DNA of 64,000 bases from Lama guanicoe (lineage: Eukaryota), in contig MU054117.1 of the NCBI GenBank assembly GCA_013239625.1, forward strand, positions 1,796,011-1,860,010. Direction: 5' to 3'. Under the pieces are notes generated by a model. It saw only the letters and a program-made list of their open reading frames with translations. It was not told the DNA's origin and did no database searches. Below are positions 38,546 to 48,720 of this stretch, piece by piece. Position 1 is the first letter of the stretch. Each line of letters starts with the position of its first letter. A program made the translations under genes and the position numbers.

Positions 38546-39550
38546 GGTACCAGGAGGAACAAACGGGTTGCAAGTGACTGAAATCCAATGTGAACTGGTT
38601 AAGCAGGAAGAGGAACTGATCACAAGGATGTCGCACGTCTCACAAAGCCACTAAGAAACGGGCCTCAGGAGGAGTTAGAGCCAAGGAGGACCCTCCAGGT
38701 GTCTTGAGTGCTTCCTCCTGCGCCTGCGTCACTGCTTCATTTTTCCTGCATCCCTCCTGCTCTTACTGGTGCCAAGCAACTCTCCCCACGGCGCCGAGGA
38801 CCCCGTGCCCTCTTCTTCCCCGCTCTACTCCTTGTTTAAGTCACGCACATCTTCCAGGAACTTCCTAAGAAAGTGAGCAAAGCAAGCACAATTTCTGCTT
38901 CCTAAGGTAACTGAAAACGTCCTCACGCTTTGTTGACGGTTTGCCCGAAGATAGAATTGGAGCTTCCAGGGTGGCTGTTGTGTAGTCCAAGGCTGTCTCA
39001 ATCCTCTGTCCTTTGTATCCCACGTCTGAAGGTTTTCAGGTTCTTCTCTCTTTGACCTCCAGGGCTGTCAGAGTTCACAGTGATGCGCCCTGGAGCGGGG
39101 CTCTCTCCCCACTCATTATCCTGGGCCCTGGATGAGTCCTTCAGACCCAGAAACTTATACCCTTCTGCTCTAGAAAATAATTTCTTTGATTATTTATTCA
39201 GTTATTTCTCCTGATGAGACCCTTCAGTCTTCTTTTCTTCTGTATCCAATCTCCCATCTCCATCCCTTTGTTTTACTTTCTGTGAGAGTTCATAAACTTC
39301 TTTTTCTAACTTTTCAAGCTGAATTTTAAGTATTTATACATTTCTCTCCTAGGAGATTTGAACATGTGAAATAAGTTGGATTAAAAACCAAACACAACTC
39401 CTGAACTGTGATTGTGTGGGATTCAAACCCCTAAAGGTCAGTACGGTTTGAGACTATATTCCGTTAAGTCAAATTCCATGCTAACAACTCCTTTCTGACT
39501 CCTATCTTCCTTTTTAAAAAATTTTTTTATTTTTTATACAACTTTTAAAG

Positions 39551-39693
39551 AGGCAACATAGGGGTGGGGGTACAAACTATTGAATGTAAGGCAGGTTATA
39601 AGGATGTACTTTACAACACGGGGAATACAGCCAGTATTTTGTAATGACTGTAAATGCAGTGCAACCTTTAAAAATTATATAAAAAATTAAAAA
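39551..39693 (+). mobile_element. LINE-1 3'-terminal fragment
   Basis: GTACAAACTATTGAATGTAAG...AAGGATGTACTTTACAACACGGGGAATACAGCCAGTATTTTGTAATGACTGTAAATG...CCTTTAAAAATT plus A-rich end. Confidence 0.75.
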
Positions 39694-39799
39694 CCTTTAA
39701 ATATTTATATCTTTATTTCGTATTTTATATTTCCAAACGTTCTCTTTTTTTGCTTTTGGAATATTCCTTTTCATTTTTTACTTTATTTTATTTTATTCT

Positions 39800-40205
39800 T
39801 TTAAAGTGAAAGCAAGTATGTTTAAGAGACACATACTCCATAGGCAGAGTGTGGGCCACCTCAGGAAGGCGAGAGGGAGAGAGACGGAGAGGTGTAGGGT
39901 GTTTAGCTTAAAGTAAAAGCAGATACACACTCCACAGAGAGTGCAGGCCGTCTTAGAAGGCAAGAGAGAGAGCCACCAAGAGGTGGGAGCTGGTGGGTTT
40001 CACAGGCTGGGTAACTTCATATGCTAATGAGGAGGAGGATTACTCCAACTCCTTTGGGGAAGGGGCAGGAATTTCCAGGAAACACCACCCTCCTGCCTGC
40101 TTTTTGGCCTTCTATGGCCAGCCTGGGAGCCGTCATGGCGCCTGTGGGTGCGCCGCGCGGCTCAAGGTCTGCTGGAAGCCAACCTTCCGCCATCCTGGGA
40201 TATGC
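39800..40205 (-). mobile_element. ERV1-type (MER41-like) LTR remnant with an internal diverged duplication
   Basis: AAAGTGAAAGCAAG...TACTCCATAGGCAGAG, CATATGCTAAT, TTTGGGGAAGGGGCAGGAATTTCCAGGA, GTCATGGCGCCTGTGGG. Confidence 0.65.
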
Positions 40206-41494
40206 CTTTTTAAAACAGGGTGCTGCTCCTCGTCGAAGTAACAGCTTCTCTTCTGTCTCCAGGGATGTTATTATTATTTTCCCTTTTTGAATTTTTTTGT
40301 CTCTACATTCTTTTCCCTTTTCCTGTGTTTCTGATTTCCTTTTCATGGTCTATGTAACTTTCTATTTGTATTAAAGAGTGAGGCGCTAACAGCTCACTGG
40401 GAGAGGAACTAGGTAGTGACAGACAGAGAAGCTCTTCGTTCTACCCTTTTGAATCTCATGGACTCTGAGTCACACTCGTGGGAAGCCTACTCGAAAGCCA
40501 AGAGTGTTTAAAGTTTATTTTAAGCTTGACGTGCACAGGTATATCTCGTCCACTGAAGATCTTCACTGTAGGGACACAGAGATGGGTACCAAGCAGCTTT
40601 GTCTAAGGGGGCTTCTAAATGTCAGTGTTTAAAAGTCTTCTCTCTGGGTTATCAAGTGTTTTCTGATGAGAATCTTCTAGACCCCTACCTGGGGAAAAGT
40701 GTGGGGGAGGGCATACACCTAGCTGACAGTTTTCTTGAAGGAGGGTGGAAGGAAGGCTGGATATCCCACTGTTCAGAATGCAGATTTGCAGCCAGGGGCC
40801 TCCACCCTCTCCCAACTACACACACAACCGACCTGTCGGCCTCTAGAACATGCTTCTCAAATTATCTGTGCTGAAGGACCAGTTGTTAATCTTCCAATCG
40901 TCAGGACCCACACAGAGTTCTACCACACATGACAGTACATGTGACCCACCTCTCGTGACTCACGGTAGGAGGTCAAGCATCCAGACTGGCCCGTATCCTG
41001 TTCAGCAAGAAGAACCCACTGAGCTGCACCTGAATGCTGAGGCAATTTCCAGTTTCTCTAAAAATTCTGAACACTTGTTCTTACTTCTTGTACCTCCTGT
41101 ATCTTACTGGGGCTAGTAACAAAGCTTATCAACCTAAACCAGTTCACAAACCCCTTTAAAGGCACTGCCCTAGAAAAGAACAAATCTCTAGTCTCTTGCC
41201 TTAAGGAGGAGCTGCCACCAGGCTTTCAGGGGGTCAATCTGGAGGGTCAAACTGCTCTGTCAGTAGACTTTCAGCCCATTGCCCATCTCAGCTCTGCACC
41301 TCCCTCCCACTCTCCTTGGTACCCTGTGATTCTAAATCCAGTGCCTTCCTGAACTGCTCACACCCCATTATCAGGTCCTTTCTGCAGGCATCAGGACATA
41401 GTTTCTATCACTTGGCCGAGTCATGTACTCCTCCTTGTTCTACCTGTTTCTTCTCCCATCTCTCTATCCTTGCAGTTTATACCTTTAAAAGCAC

Positions 41495-43140
41495 CTTTAC
41501 TGTTGTTAAGATGGCAGTATGTCTCAAACTGATGAACAGATTTAGTGAAATGCCTATCAAAATCCCAGACTTCTTTGCAGAGGTGATCCTTAAATTCATA
41601 TGGAATTTCAATGGGGCCCAGAAGAGTAAAACTGATCTTGAAAATGAAAAAGAACAAGTTTGGAGGACTCAAATCCCCCAATTTCAAAACTTTCCACAAA
41701 GCTACAGTAATCAAGTAATCAAGTGTAATAATGGCATAAGGGTGGACATGGAGATGAGTGGAATAGAACTGAGAGCTCAGAAATAAACCCTCAGATCTAT
41801 GATCAACTGATCTTCAACAAGGGTGCAAAGACAGCTCAATGCAAGGGGCAGGGGGCAAGAAGAGTCTTTGCATCAAATGATGCTGGGACAACTGGATATC
41901 CACATGCAAAAGAATGATGCTGGACCCCTACCTCACACCATACACAAAACTTAACTCAAAATGGATTATAGACTTAAATGTAAGAGTTAAAATTTAAAAA
42001 CTCTTAGAAGAAAATATAAGGGTAAAGCTTCATGAGGCAAAGCCTTCTTAGATATAACACCAAAAGCACAAGTAACAAGAGAAAAATAAATTGGGCTCAT
42101 GAAAATTAAAAAATTTGTTTATCAAATGACACCATCAAGAACATGAAAACAAAACCTACACATTGGGAGAAAATATATGCATATCATGTATTTGATATGA
42201 GACTTGTATCCAGAATATATATTAAAAAAACCTTTTACAATCTGTAATAAAAAGACACATTACTCAATATTTAAATGGGCAAAGGATCTAAATAGACATT
42301 TCTTTTTCCAAAGAAGATATACAACAAGCACATGAAAAGATGCTCGACATGACTAGCCGTCAGGGAACACAAATTTAAACCATAATGAGGCACCACTCCA
42401 TATTCACCTGGAGGCTATTATCAAAAAGACAGACAGGAACAAGTGTTGTTAAGGATGTGGACAAACTGGGACCACACATACTATTGGTAGAATGTAAAAT
42501 GGTGCAGCCACTTTGGAAAACAGTCTCATAGTTCCTCAAAAAGTTAAACATAGACCATATGACCCAGCAATTCCACATCTAGGCACATCCATTCACACAA
42601 TGTATCTGTGGGAGGAGGTGAGCTTTGGGTCCTTCTATTCCGCCATATTGAAGCCCCTCCTACATTCACACAATGAGACCGTCCAAAGCAAAGTTACTCA
42701 TAATAACTAAAAGAAGTGGAAACAACTCAAATGTTCATCAACCTAAGAACGGATAAGCAAAATGTAGTATCGCCATACAGTGGACTATTATTCAATGATA
42801 AAAAAAGAAAGAAAGCAAGGATGCATGCTACAACATGAATTAATTTTGAAAACATTATGCCAAGCGGAAGTCACAATGGATCACTTTTGTATGAGTCCAT
42901 TTATATAAAATGTCCAGAATAGGGAAATCTATACAGATAGAAAGCAGGTTAGTGGTTGCCTAGGCTGGGGCCTTGTGGGGAGGAAGAAATGGGTGTGGGG
43001 TTTCTTTAAGGGGTGACGAAAATGTTCTAAAATTGATTGTGGTGATGGCTGTCCAACTCTGCGAATATACTAAAAGCCACTGAATTGCACACTTTCAACA
43101 GGGGAATTGTATGGTATGTGAATTGCATCTCCACAGCTGA
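41495..43140 (+). mobile_element. LINE-1 (L1MB-like) ORF2 C-terminal region plus 3' UTR, decayed
   Basis: The translation VVKMAVCLKLMNRFSEMPIKIP...LKFIWN matches L1 ORF2 [20 protein letters not shown]...LKFIWN; also GGACAACTGGATATCCACATGCAAAAGAATG and terminal GGTATGTGAATTGCATCT. Confidence 0.93.
42603..42662 (-). mobile_element. 60-bp LINE-1 5'-end-like insertion with 13-bp TSD
   Basis: CATTCACACAATG at 42590-42602 and 42663-42675; insert on the minus strand reads TAGGAGGGGCTTCAATATGGCGGAATAGAAGGACCCAAAGCTCACCTCCTCCCACAGATA. Confidence 0.75.
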
Positions 43141-44119
43141 CACAACGGAGTGTCTGGACTCGGCCCACCGTGTCTCACTGCAGGTCTCCAGTGCCGTCTG
43201 CCTGGACTGTGGGGAGGTCCAGCGTGCCTTGTGCACAGGGCTTCTCTCTTCTCACTGCATTGAGGGGTCGCATCCGAGGTCACACATTTGTTTGTAATCT
43301 AATGGCAACTTATGAGATTGCTATTGGCTTCATTAGGGGATGTACCTAAAAATAGTGTTTATTGAGTCAGACAGATGAATAAACTGTGCCTGACTTTACT
43401 CTCTTATTATACAGAAAATGGTTTCTTTTATTTTTAATCTCCTTTTAACATTTTTAGAATTACATAAATATTAGAATAACACAAACAGAAATGGAAGAAA
43501 AAAAATTTACAACAATTCTGAGAACGGCCCCTCTCCCCGCCCCAGCCAATCTAATTTCAAACCTTTTCTCTTCCAGTTTTAAAGCTTCTAGCTCCGCTTC
43601 CCCCAAAGCTCTGGCCACCTTCATTGCATGTCTCTCAGACGACCCAGTTCAGAGGACCTCCCAAGACTCACTTTGAGAAGTTCAGATCTGAGGCACTGAA
43701 GCCTGGTGGTAGCCAAGACCCCCGGGTGCTCAGAAGGCGGCGGGGGGGGAGAGTAAAGGACTTAATGTAAATCCCAGTGACAGTTCTCCTCTGGGCAGAC
43801 CCCTCGGGACTCAGAAACCAGGCAGCAGAGGCCACAGGACAGGTGGCGGGGCCCTGAGGGCCACCACGCAGCCCCCTCGGGTGGCACAGTGTTCCCAGCG
43901 CCCAGCTCTGCGGGGACAAGTGCCTGCCTCGCAGCAAGCTCGAGGGTGGGAGACGCGCTGGAAAGCCTTTTGCAGCCTCGGTTCTCAGGGAACAGCAGCC
44001 TGCTCTGTGTCTAGGACACCCATCCTGCTCTCAGGGGCTGTGACCTCCTCACTTTTCTAGGAGTTCGCGTTGTTACTCTCACCACTTGGTGGGTAGAATT
44101 TTTTTTTTAATCTTAAAAG

Positions 44120-44560
44120 GCTTATTTTATAATAGGACTACAAAGAAATACAAACTTATTACAGAATCTTTGAAGTTTTCAGAGAAACGACACAAAATCC
44201 AAGAAGTCTATAATCTGACCACTCAGAAATACCCACAGTTGACCCTTTCACGTAGAGGCTCCCAGACTTCTGTTCCATGTGCGTAGGATCACACGTATAC
44301 ACCTTTAGTGCCCTGCCTTGTGCCCCGATGAAATGACTTGAACGTTACCCATGTCATCGTAACTCTGATGTACTAGCATTTAAAATACTAATACCCACAG
44401 TGTGAGTACAGCACAATTATTTAACCAACCCAGCACCGTGAGTTACGCCCGGTTTTCAATGTTACAAGTAGTCCCATCGAGAACATGCCTAAAGCTAAAT
44501 CCTTGCACGCATCTCTGATTATTTTTCCAGGATAAATTTCTCCAGTGGAGCGACCACCCC
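44120..44560 (-). mobile_element. Ancient L1ME-like fragment
   Basis: ATAATCTGACCACTCAGAAATA...AATTATTTAACCAA...CTAAATCCTTGCACGCATCTCTGATTATTTTTCCAGGATAAATT. Confidence 0.55.
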
Positions 44561-45240
44561 CGGCTTTGAAGACCCACTCACGAATTAACTGGGGAGGAAG
44601 TACTTTCAAGCTTGGGTTTTATCTATTTAATATTCTCTCTTCTTCTGCTTATAAAAGAAATACGTTCTTGTCAAAAAAATTCAAAAATTGTACAAATACA
44701 CCAGAAATTGACACAACATTGGGAACCGACTATAGTTTGATAAAAAAGAATGCAAAAAATTTGTAGAAATATATGTTTTCAAGGATTTAAATTTTCTCTT
44801 AATTCTACTGTCCAGGGATCATTGCTATTAACAACTTGTATACGTCAGGAGTTTCTCAAATGATGGCAAGTGGTTAGAGTCGATCGATGGCCATGTTTTA
44901 AACATCTCCCTCCTTTTCTCATTTCTCACAAGCCGAGGCTGTCACAAATGGGCTCCTTCTTTGAAGGTGGTCTGTGGCCAGGTCAGCACCATTCGCGTGC
45001 TCAGCACAGCCCAGGCTGGTAACATGGACCAGCTCCGGCAGCCACCACAGCCCCGCTCCGGAATCCACGGCCAGTCCTCTCCCGGGCAGAGGCAGAGACG
45101 GGGCACCAGAATGGAGCAGTGGGGAGAGCCACCGGGGACACGTGCCACTGAGCTATCCCCTCCCCACTAAAGTCCACATTTTTATCCATTACAGATTCAT
45201 GGAAAAGCCACCAAGAATGCAAACAAGATATGCATTTGGC

Positions 45241-45358
45241 ATGAGGGAGGGTACAGCTCAGAGGCAGAGCACGTGCTTAGCATGCACAAGGTCCTGGGTT
45301 CAATCCCCAGTCCCTCCATTAAAAATAAATACATAAAACAAATTAAATTAAAAATCAA
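45241..45358 (+). mobile_element. Camelid-type tRNA-derived SINE (Vic-1-like), intact head, 16-bp TSD
   Basis: Pol III A/B-box-like head (AGCTCAGAGG...GGTTCAATCCC), A-rich tail, TSD AAGATAwGCATTTGGC at 45225-45240 and 45359-45374. Confidence 0.9.
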
Positions 45359-46084
45359 AAGATAAGCATTTGGCTACAGCCTGGCCTAGGTTTAGACAGT
45401 TGGAGGGATGAACAGAGCAGGAGGGACGAGGGATGACTTGGTAAAAATGGGGAGGGGTGCTCTCTCTCTGCTCGCACACCACACCTGCTGCTAGCAGGCC
45501 CACCCTTTCAGGGGGCTTTCCTGTAAAAATGGGGCCCAGAGCCTGCCCCCCCCCGGGCTTCAGAGGCAGATCCCAGGAAGCTTGGCAGACCCCCAGCTCA
45601 GCCGCAGGATAAGATGAGACATGCAGAGGGACCTGGGGAAAGAAGCCAGCCTGGTGACGCCCAGCTGCTCCCCCAGTGACGTCGGTCCACAGCAGACACC
45701 ATCCCTCCGGGCACTCGGCGCTCAGCCAGCAGCTCCGTGGAGCTCTGGTGGCACTGCCATTCCAGAGGCTTCTGCAGTCAGAACTGCCCCCACCTCCGGC
45801 CAAGGCAGCAGATGAGCTGACCTGCCATCCTGGGCAGGCGGTCTTAGCAGCAGTGGCTGCGAGCGCGAAGGGACCTTGCTCTGGGAGAGGCAGCACCCCG
45901 ACTGCTGACGACGTGTGCGGGGCTGGCGCGCTGGGACCTCGGTGGAGGCTGGGCGCCGACAGCCTGCGGGACCTGAAGCTGCTTCACTGTTGGGTCACAC
46001 GACCACGGGAGGGTGAGCGGCCCCGACAACCCTGACACCCAGACGAGAGCCAGAGAGCCTGGGGACCCTCACAGCACCCCCTGC

Positions 46085-46320
46085 AATCCGGGTCGCGACA
46101 CCCTTGCCCCTTGCTCGGGAGTGGCGCTGCCCGGCTGCGGACTCTGGCCCCTGACAGGCCGCCGGGGCCCCGGCGCAGCGGCCCTACCCGACCGCGGTCA
46201 TCGACGCCGGCAGGCAGGTGCGCGCGACGGCTGAGGGCCCGGCTCTGCGCGGAGCCCGTTCCTGGAGCGCGGTTCACGAGCTGGCTCCTACTGGGGCTGC
46301 AACGCCGAGGGCGGGATTCC
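46085..46320. promoter_or_regulatory. Small CpG cluster
   Basis: High local CpG density. Confidence 0.4.
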
Positions 46321-46484
46321 AGGCTGAATTCCCAGGGGTTGCGGCCCAACCAGAAACACAAGGGCCTCCTTGCCCCTTCCCCCTCCCTCCACATGCACCA
46401 CGCAGCAAGCCCCCAGATCCACTTCCTTCCCCTCTCTGTGGGGGTCCCACTTCCACCCCGCCTCCCCCACCGTGTCTCCCTGGA

Positions 46485-46942
46485 CTCCTGACTCTCCCCC
46501 TCCAGTCCACCCTAGTGCAGCCTCCGGTGATCCTTCTAAAACGCTGCTGTCAGGGTGTCACTGCTCCCCAGGGCTCTCAGGATGAAGTCTAAGCACCTGA
46601 TCGGACCCCTGATCTCCCCCACGCCCCACCTCTCCAGCCTCACCTGCAACCTGCCACCTTCCAGCCACGTCCAAGGACCCCTTCGGTCCTGAGCTCTGAG
46701 CCTACTGCGCTCTCTCTGGGAGTCTGTCCCAGCAGCCCCTCCTCCACCCCAGGAGACCTGAGCCCGAGCGGCTTCTCCCCTGCACCTTCCACGCCTAAGG
46801 CTCCCACCAGAAGCCGCATGTGATTCCCCCGTTAGAGGAGAAGCTCCTTGAGGGCAGGAGCCATGTGTATCAGTCTCTGCAGCCCCCACACCTGGCCTCA
46901 GTACCTGGGACTCAGCATTACGCTTACTGAGTAAACGAATGA
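46485..46942 (+). mobile_element. L2 LINE 3' fragment
   Basis: GTGATCCTTCTAAAACGC...AAGCTCCTTGAGGGCAGGAGCCATGTGT...TACTGAGTAAACGAATGA. Confidence 0.7.
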
Positions 46943-47699
46943 CTAGGCGAGGGTGTGGCTTTTCTAGTTATCACGTATTTCATTTAATCTTTAATGTGTT
47001 TTTCCTGATTATAAAAGGATGACATGCAGGTGTTCTTCCCCTTTTGTTGAGATGCTGTTGGAGGCTCTATCGTCAGGCAGAGAAGGAGCAAGTGAATTCA
47101 CCCCATTGGTGGTGTGTTGTCTGCCAAGCACAAGCATTTACTGAGTGCCTGCTGTGTTCACGGCTTAGACCCTAAGCCAAGTGCTGGAGATAACATCTCT
47201 GATTTCACAGAACTCAGTTTCACTCGAACTTAAGTAGAAATGCAACAACGACTTACACTCTTGTTAAGATAGAATTTAGACAATTTAAATAAGATTCAGT
47301 CATCAACATCGGTTAAGCCCTTGTAGACACCCTGGGAATGGCCAGTTTGCACTTCACATGCGGTACGCAGTCCTCAAGGGGTGAGGTTTTCCTGCTTTCC
47401 TGCTGTTGTCATGCCTGGGCCAGTCCTGTGCTGTGGCCTCCAAGCAGCGAGCCTATCATTTTCATCAACCACTTTTTATTCTGTAGCAAAACGCTGCCTT
47501 GCTTGGCTGTTACTTACTGCCTCTGTGCTCGTCTGAAACAAAGCATGGCCCAAAAAAGGCGTGAGTGGTCAAAAATTCAAGTTGGGAAAACACAGAGTTT
47601 AGAAAGGGAAAGTCCTCGTTGTGATATGAACTCCTTCCATATTTCTACCCTGCACTGAGATAACGCACAGGAACACAAAACAGACCCTCTAAACACTTC

Positions 47700-48420
47700 C
47701 AGTTTCTATGAACAGAGGGCCATAGCACGTTCATAATGGCTTTTCCCCTATGAAATGCATCTCATATTACATCGTATGTATCTTCCCACGTCTGTGCAAA
47801 GGAGCTACCTCGGTCTTTTAAAAGACACACATAGCATTTCATCATGCGGATGTAGCCTGCTTTACTTAGGCAACGTGTCAGGGACCACAACTTGGGTCAC
47901 TTCCAGTTTTCTGTATTCCCAACAATGACGCAGTGACTATCTTGGTTTTCTGCACTTTGGGGAGCATTTCCTGTGGGAGAAACTCCTTGGAGTGAACTTA
48001 TTAGGTAAATGGATAAGAATATTTAAAATTTTAATAGATAATTGCCAGTGTCCTTCAGGAAAGACTGTAGTGGACCTGGGTGACTTGGTAGTCATTATAC
48101 CCACCAAGTGTGTGAAAATGCTGGTTTATCCACCCCTTCACCAACACTGGGAATGATCAGTCTCTTAAATCTCTGCCAATCTAAAAGGACACGCCACACA
48201 CACGCACACACGATGCACACGCATGCACACATGACGCACACATTACACACATGCCACACACGCACACACCACACACATGCGCACACACACGCACATACAC
48301 ACACTAGAGCCATTTGTGATGCTTATCAGTGCCTGTTTGTTCATATTTTCTGTTTTTCTACAGGGTTCACTTTGAAGACCTTCTACGCACATCAGAGAAA
48401 TCTCTGTCCCATGTGTGCTG
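47700..48420 (-). mobile_element. Ancient L1M fragment containing an imperfect (CA)-rich tract (48191-48304)
   Basis: CACTTCCAGTTTTCTGTATT...AATATTTAAAATTTTAATAGATAATTGCCA...CCTTCACCAACACTGGG. Confidence 0.65.
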
Positions 48421-48509
48421 ATTTTCCCTCATTTGTCTTTGTCTTCCGACATTTGCCGGCGTGTGGCCGTGCTGGGAGGGGCTGGCGCACAGAATCTGCA
48501 GACAGCCTG

Positions 48510-48720
48510 CTCGGTCACCCCGGTTCTGTCTGTAAGTGTCTAGCTCAATGACCAGAGTCCAGTTACTTAACCTCGGGGTCCTCACCTACAAACTGAGTGA
48601 GAGGAGCCCTATCTCATGGGGGGCTGTGAGAACCAGAATGAGTTCACGTACGTGAAGTGCTGGACACAGTACTTGGCGTGAAATGCGTGCTACGTGCTGT
48701 TGTGATTGCTATTATTATTT
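48510..48720 (+). mobile_element. MIR SINE
   Basis: CAGTTACTTAACCTC...CCTATCTCATGGGGGCTGTGAGAA...GTGAAGTGCTGGACACAGTACTTGGC...TATTATT. Confidence 0.7.

Noticed and set aside
41316..41786. 156-aa ORF
   Set aside because: Decayed, frameshifted LINE-1 ORF2 fragment, not a host gene.
45241..45320. tRNA gene
   Set aside because: The tRNA-like head carries an A-rich tail and a TSD, and related copies are dispersed in the window, so it is a SINE.
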